Source: a virus
Taxonomy: Duplodnaviria > Heunggongvirae > Uroviricota > Caudoviricetes
Direction: 5' to 3' (one strand)
DNA: 8,759 nucleotides
IMG/VR virus record: IMGVR_UViG_2690316243_000011
The notes under the pieces were generated by a model. The model was not told the DNA's origin, did no database searches, and saw nothing but the letters and a program-made list of their open reading frames with translations. Positions 5,678 through 8,759 of this stretch are shown here, piece by piece (positions within the stretch are counted from its first letter, which is position 1; each line of letters starts with the position of its first letter). Position numbers and translations under genes: made by a program.

Positions 5678-6736
5678 TTATGCTTTCCACTTCAGAACAC
5701 CCGAATTTCTCGCGTGCATTAAAAAACGAATCAGCAACAACAGCTGACTGCCGTGTTTCTCTTCAAAATCTTTTACTCCGGCATGTAGTTCGTTACGGCA
5801 TTTACGGCATAACGGAATAACAAACAAATCATCAGCCTTTGTTCCCATCCCTCCCAGTCCATGACCAATGATGTGATGCGGATCATCTGCCTGATTGCCA
5901 CACGTCATGCATTTCTGCGTTTTTACCCAGCGCGTGTATACAGGCATCTCTTCCCGTTGTGATTTCTGGCGCTGGAGATACTGAGCCGGTGACTCCGGAT
6001 CAACGGCAATGCTGACCACCGTCTTTTCCTGTGGTGGGTTCTGTTGCTGGTGGACGTGAGGCAGTAACGCAATATTTTTTGTGCGCTGCTTCAGTATGCT
6101 GGTGGCTGTCTGCTCTCCCGGTATGATGTCGCTTTCACTGTACACAGAGCGAATTTTTTCCGCACGCAACCCCAGCGAACGACGTAATACCGCTTCCGGT
6201 AGCGCGTCCGCCACCTGATTGCGGACCGCCCACCAGGATAATTCAGCCAGAGATAATTCACGCTCCTGCGTACCGCTTATTGCGTGACCGATGACGTCAA
6301 TCATCCATGCTGACAGGTTTTGATGAGCAAGTTGCTCGAGTGATTCGGATGTCTGGTCACGCAGCTGGTTGTCGCAGTGCCAGCACAACACCATTGCGCC
6401 GGTACCATAACGGTGAATGACGGTTTCGCTGTGATGATAATCGCCGTGTGGCCACTGGCAGGATTTAATATGGCGCAACAGCCAGTCAGACAATGCACCA
6501 GCACCACCAGCAGCACGAATCACCCGTGCGTTACTGAAAAACGGCAGCAATGTTTTGTCTTCCACCAGCGGCTGGCGAGCGGCAGGAACGACCCCGGACG
6601 GCAGATTACGCATGCTTTTTGGTTCCGGCTCCACCAGTATTCTGCCGTTATGGAATGCTGACATTGATTCACGGCCTGGCTTAACGATAACCAGACCGAG
6701 TTCCGGTACCAGAACAGGTCGAAGTAATACCCGCAC
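5678..6736 (-). CDS. DUF968 / YdfU-like prophage protein with two Cys/His HNH-like motifs
   Basis: 352 aa in the frame from a GTG at 6736 (alternative ATG at 6664 would give 328 aa). Motifs CQWPHGDYHH...CWHCDNQ and CMTCGNQADDPHHIIGH...CRKCRNELH. Sits between rem-like and rusA as ydfU does in Qin (from memory). Confidence 0.6.
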   Translation of the reverse strand: MRVLLRPVLVPELGLVIVKPGRESMSAFHNGRILVEPEPKSMRNLPSGVVPAARQPLVEDKTLLPFFSNARVIRAAGGAGALSDWLLRHIKSCQWPHGDYHHSETVIHRYGTGAMVLCWHCDNQLRDQTSESLEQLAHQNLSAWMIDVIGHAISGTQERELSLAELSWWAVRNQVADALPEAVLRRSLGLRAEKIRSVYSESDIIPGEQTATSILKQRTKNIALLPHVHQQQNPPQEKTVVSIAVDPESPAQYLQRQKSQREEMPVYTRWVKTQKCMTCGNQADDPHHIIGHGLGGMGTKADDLFVIPLCRKCRNELHAGVKDFEEKHGSQLLLLIRFLMHARNSGVLKWKA

Positions 6737-6737
6737 A

Positions 6738-7016
6738 TTACCTCCAGATCCGTTGCTGGAATGTGCGGGACGGACGCGTTGGCCGTTCGGAGTAAGGGAG
6801 CCTGACGGAGATTATCCAGTGACGGTAGTCGAGGCTAAGGGCTTTTTTAACCTCGCATCCGCGCCTGCGGTAACACTGAATGAGCCATTCGGCCTGTTCT
6901 TCAGTGCATGGGGGATGCTGGTACCAATCAGATTTAAATGCGTGAGAGCGCCGCCCGTGCCTGCTGGCAAAGACGGCTGAATTATCAGAATTGTGTAGTC
7001 TGGAATTTTGCGCCAT
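6738..7016 (-). CDS. Hypothetical protein (92 aa)
   Basis: ATG at 7016 preceded by GGAG with 6-nt spacing; its stop overlaps the start region of the DUF968 gene. No family recognised. Confidence 0.45.
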   Translation of the reverse strand: MAQNSRLHNSDNSAVFASRHGRRSHAFKSDWYQHPPCTEEQAEWLIQCYRRRGCEVKKALSLDYRHWIISVRLPYSERPTRPSRTFQQRIWR

Positions 7017-7082
7017 CGGCTTTCTCCGGTGGCACAGTGTTACTCAACAGGGGTTCAGCCCTGCGCTGAATTGTAGATGAAT

Positions 7083-7346
7083 TCACTCATCTTCAAAAGC
7101 AGAAAAACCAGCCTTAATCCCAGCTTCTTTCAGAGACGGCAACGATGTGACAAATTCATTTGCACGCGAAATAAAACCATCCGTCACAAGCCCATCCACA
7201 AAATGAATTAACGCAGCTCCACTCTTCCTTTGTTGAGACTGTAAACATTTAATACGGCAGTGGCTGACAATAGCGCCATTCTCAACGCGCACAGTATAGA
7301 GGCCATCTTCACTAAAAATTTCACGTAATTCTTCGATTTTCATCAA
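7083..7346 (-). CDS. Small hypothetical protein (87 aa), Rem-like by position downstream of hok
   Basis: ATG at 7346 preceded by GGAAGGA. The Rem assignment rests only on gene order and size, not on a recognised sequence. Confidence 0.55.
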   Translation of the reverse strand: MMKIEELREIFSEDGLYTVRVENGAIVSHCRIKCLQSQQRKSGAALIHFVDGLVTDGFISRANEFVTSLPSLKEAGIKAGFSAFEDE

Positions 7347-7460
7347 CAGAATCCTTCCAGATAAATAGCACTCCCCTGTTCGGGGTCCATCCCTCTTCTC
7401 CCTGCGCGCTACTTAAGTATTTTTGATTCTATTCCGGCACCATCTAAAACTTCAAACGCG

Positions 7461-7495
7461 TTGAAAATAAAAACAAAAACCCGCCGAAGCGGGTT
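7461..7495 (-). terminator. Strong intrinsic terminator downstream of hok
   Basis: Minus-strand RNA: aacccgc-uucg-gcggguu (7-bp stem) followed by UUUGUUUUUAUUUUC. Confidence 0.75.
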
Positions 7496-7563
7496 AAGTG
7501 TGGGTGCATTGAGGATGCCTGACCCATCAGAGGTGGCGAGGGATTTCTCCCCCGCCTGGTCTC

Positions 7564-7719
7564 TTACTCCTCAGGTTCGTAAGCTGTGAAGACAGCGACC
7601 TCCGTCTGGCCGGTTCGAATTCGTACCTCGCAGAGGTCTTTCCTCGTTACCAGTGCCGTCACTATGACGGTTAAACAGATGACGATCAGGGCGATTAACA
7701 TCGCCTTTTGCTGCTTCAT
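7564..7719 (-). CDS. hokD: Hok-family membrane toxin (type I toxin), HokD/RelF-like
   Basis: Translation MKQQKAMLIALIVICLTVIVTALVTRKDLCEVRIRTGQTEVAVFTAYEPEE (51 aa) matches HokD/RelF as I remember it and is clearly Hok/Gef family. An in-frame upstream ATG at 7776 would add 19 residues (the 70-aa ORF in the track); I prefer the internal start. Confidence 0.85.
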   Translation of the reverse strand: MKQQKAMLIALIVICLTVIVTALVTRKDLCEVRIRTGQTEVAVFTAYEPEE

Positions 7720-8010
7720 AGCCTGCTTCTCCTTGCCTTTCGGCACGTAAGAGGCTAACCTAGATTTGCCGTTCATAGATTGAGCCTCAGATTAATGTTA
7801 AGCGTCTTGCCGGACGCGTAATGTTAACTGGGGCTTTTCTCTATCTGCCTTTTGGTGTTCATGCCTGAGACAGATAGCCTCAAGCACCCGCTGCAATTCT
7901 ACTTAACTCTCCTTTTCCCGCAAACCGTTTTTATCCCCAGCGGCAAATCGAATACACCACCAGCGCCACCGCCATCGCAATTCCTACCGTTGTTAATGCT
8001 TCAGGCCAGG

Positions 8011-8355
8011 TCATCGTAAAATATCCTCCACGCTTATCAGTCCGTTCCGCTCCAGATAACTCATCGCCTTATCCGGTAATTTGCAGTCTGGCTTCGCTTT
8101 CCTCAGTTGCCAGGTTAACTGCTTTACCAGCATGGTTAACTCATCGACCAGACGCTGATATCCCACTGGTTTGTATTCATGCAATTTACCGGCTGGCTCT
8201 GCTGCCAGCGATACCAGTGCGATTTCCAGAACAGCAATATCCATCTTATATGTGCGGATGATGTCATGGTCGATTGTGCCCGGTATGCACAGTCTCTGTG
8301 CTTCAATAGTCTCCTCTGCGTGAGCTATTAACTGCTCTCTGGTAAAAGTCGTCAT
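8011..8355 (-). CDS. Hypothetical protein (114 aa), paralogous in its N-terminal half to the upstream 55-aa ORF
   Basis: ATG at 8355 overlaps the stop of the upstream ORF (ATGA). Shares the N-terminus MTTFTREQL and the motif [17 protein letters not shown] with the 55-aa protein ([24 protein letters not shown]). Confidence 0.55.
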   Translation of the reverse strand: MTTFTREQLIAHAEETIEAQRLCIPGTIDHDIIRTYKMDIAVLEIALVSLAAEPAGKLHEYKPVGYQRLVDELTMLVKQLTWQLRKAKPDCKLPDKAMSYLERNGLISVEDILR

Positions 8356-8519
8356 GCCGTAGCCCCTTCTTGATATTTTTCAAACCAGAACACAACCGGC
8401 TCTGCTTCCAGCGATGCCAGCGCAATCCGTGCCAGTTCCATTTGTTCACCACGGGTAAGCCCGTTTTCAAGCGGGTTTTTAATGAACAATTCAATACGTT
8501 CTTTGGTAATAGTGGTCAT
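8352..8519 (-). CDS. Small hypothetical protein (55 aa); not in the supplied ORF track, found by hand
   Basis: ATG at 8519-8517 preceded by GGAG with 7-nt spacing. Translation [55 protein letters not shown]; TGA stop at 8354-8352 overlaps the next ATG. Confidence 0.5.
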   Translation of the reverse strand: MTTITKERIELFIKNPLENGLTRGEQMELARIALASLEAEPVVFWFEKYQEGATA

Positions 8520-8529
8520 GTGTTACTCC

Positions 8530-8754
8530 TTAACCCGCAGTGCTTTCAACTGATGAGGGGAACAAAATCTTTTCATCAAACCCTGCATTCATATCATGAA
8601 CAGCAACACACCAATCCATCGACGAACGATTATCAAGAGCCTCCATGATTTCATCCATGCGGCGTAGGTCATACAGGTAAATGCTTTTATCGCCAATGGT
8701 GTAAAAGCCAATTTTTTTCGGTGATGGATGAGGTGTACTGGCAATAGCGGACAC
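8530..8754 (-). CDS. C-terminal part of a hypothetical protein; 5' end outside the window or disrupted by the terminal repeat
   Basis: Open frame from the window edge to a stop at 8530-8532. The 'M' in the track is a GTG inside the terminal inverted repeat, so the true start is probably upstream of the window. No family recognised. Confidence 0.35.
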   Translation of the reverse strand: MSAIASTPHPSPKKIGFYTIGDKSIYLYDLRRMDEIMEALDNRSSMDWCVAVHDMNAGFDEKILFPSSVESTAG

Positions 8755-8759
8755 TACCA
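8729..8759. repeat. Right arm of the 31-bp terminal inverted repeat (partner 1-31)
   Basis: Reverse complement of 8729-8759 equals 1-31 exactly. Confidence 0.95.

Larger units (their letters stand above)
1..8759. mobile_element. Partial lambdoid prophage (Qin / Stx-phage-like): nin region, antiterminator Q, tRNA cluster and start of late region
   Basis: Co-linear minus-strand set of typical lambdoid genes (hok, DUF968/YdfU-like, rusA, Q, phage DNA methyltransferase, Ile/Arg tRNA cluster, NanS-p-like esterase). The order matches what I recall for Qin-type and Stx-type prophages. No integrase or att site lies in the window, so the boundaries are unknown. Confidence 0.85.

Noticed and set aside
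5382-5820. ORFs 5382-5576 (+), 5478-5690 (-) and 5590-5820 (+)
   Set aside because: Overlap the RusA and DUF968 genes in other frames or on the other strand; no RBS or motif support.
6301-6980. ORFs 6301-6516 (-), 6377-6661 (+), 6520-6738 (-) and 6555-6980 (+)
   Set aside because: Alternative-frame or antisense ORFs inside the DUF968 gene and the 92-aa ORF. The 6520-6738 frame shares only its ATG with the overlapping start region.
7564-7776. 70-aa N-terminally extended Hok ORF from the track
   Set aside because: The conserved Hok protein begins at the internal MKQQKAM (7719). The upstream in-frame codons may be leader (mok-like) sequence rather than part of the toxin; kept as a note on the hok feature.
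7720-8010. relB/relE antitoxin-toxin genes upstream of hok
   Set aside because: No ORF in this interval or upstream resembles RelB or RelE as I recall them; the upstream genes are the unrelated 55-aa/114-aa pair.
8303-8648. ORFs 8303-8494 (-) and 8370-8648 (+)
   Set aside because: They overlap the hand-identified 55-aa ORF and the partial upstream ORF in other frames or on the other strand; the 55-aa frame has a strong RBS and the paralogy signal.
1-8759. CRISPR arrays, insertion sequences, integrase or att sites
   Set aside because: No short regularly spaced direct repeats, no transposase-like ORF with flanking IS-type inverted repeats, and no integrase ORF; the only terminal inverted repeat flanks phage genes, not a transposase.

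Overview
This window is best read as part of a lambdoid prophage (E. coli Qin / Stx-phage-like), running from the nin/antiterminator region into the start of the late region. It is gene-dense, and every gene I can support is on the minus strand. In transcription order (high to low coordinates): a partial ORF, two paralogous small ORFs with a 4-nt overlap, a Hok-family toxin gene with its terminator, a Rem-like small ORF, a 92-aa ORF, a DUF968/YdfU-like Cys/His protein, a RusA-family resolvase, a Q82/QuuQ-type antiterminator Q present as two tandem diverged copies, a 65-aa winged-helix-like ORF, an orphan beta-class DNA methyltransferase, a tRNA cluster (Ile2-like CAU, Arg-UCG, Arg-UCU twice), about 1 kb of structured non-coding DNA holding two diverged copies of a hairpin-rich module, and the 5' part of a NanS-p-like esterase gene. 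No stx genes, CRISPR array, IS element or restriction endonuclease is present. Three things call for caution about the assembly: a 21-N gap between the two tRNA-Arg(UCU) copies, a single N exactly at the junction of the Q duplication, and a perfect 31-bp inverted repeat at the two ends of the window that cuts reading frames. I did not find a clearly novel multi-gene system; the most interesting candidates are the two-gene cassette upstream of hok, the hok locus itself, the duplicated non-coding modules in the stx-equivalent slot, and the Q duplication. All family assignments are from reading the translations and from memory, not from database searches.
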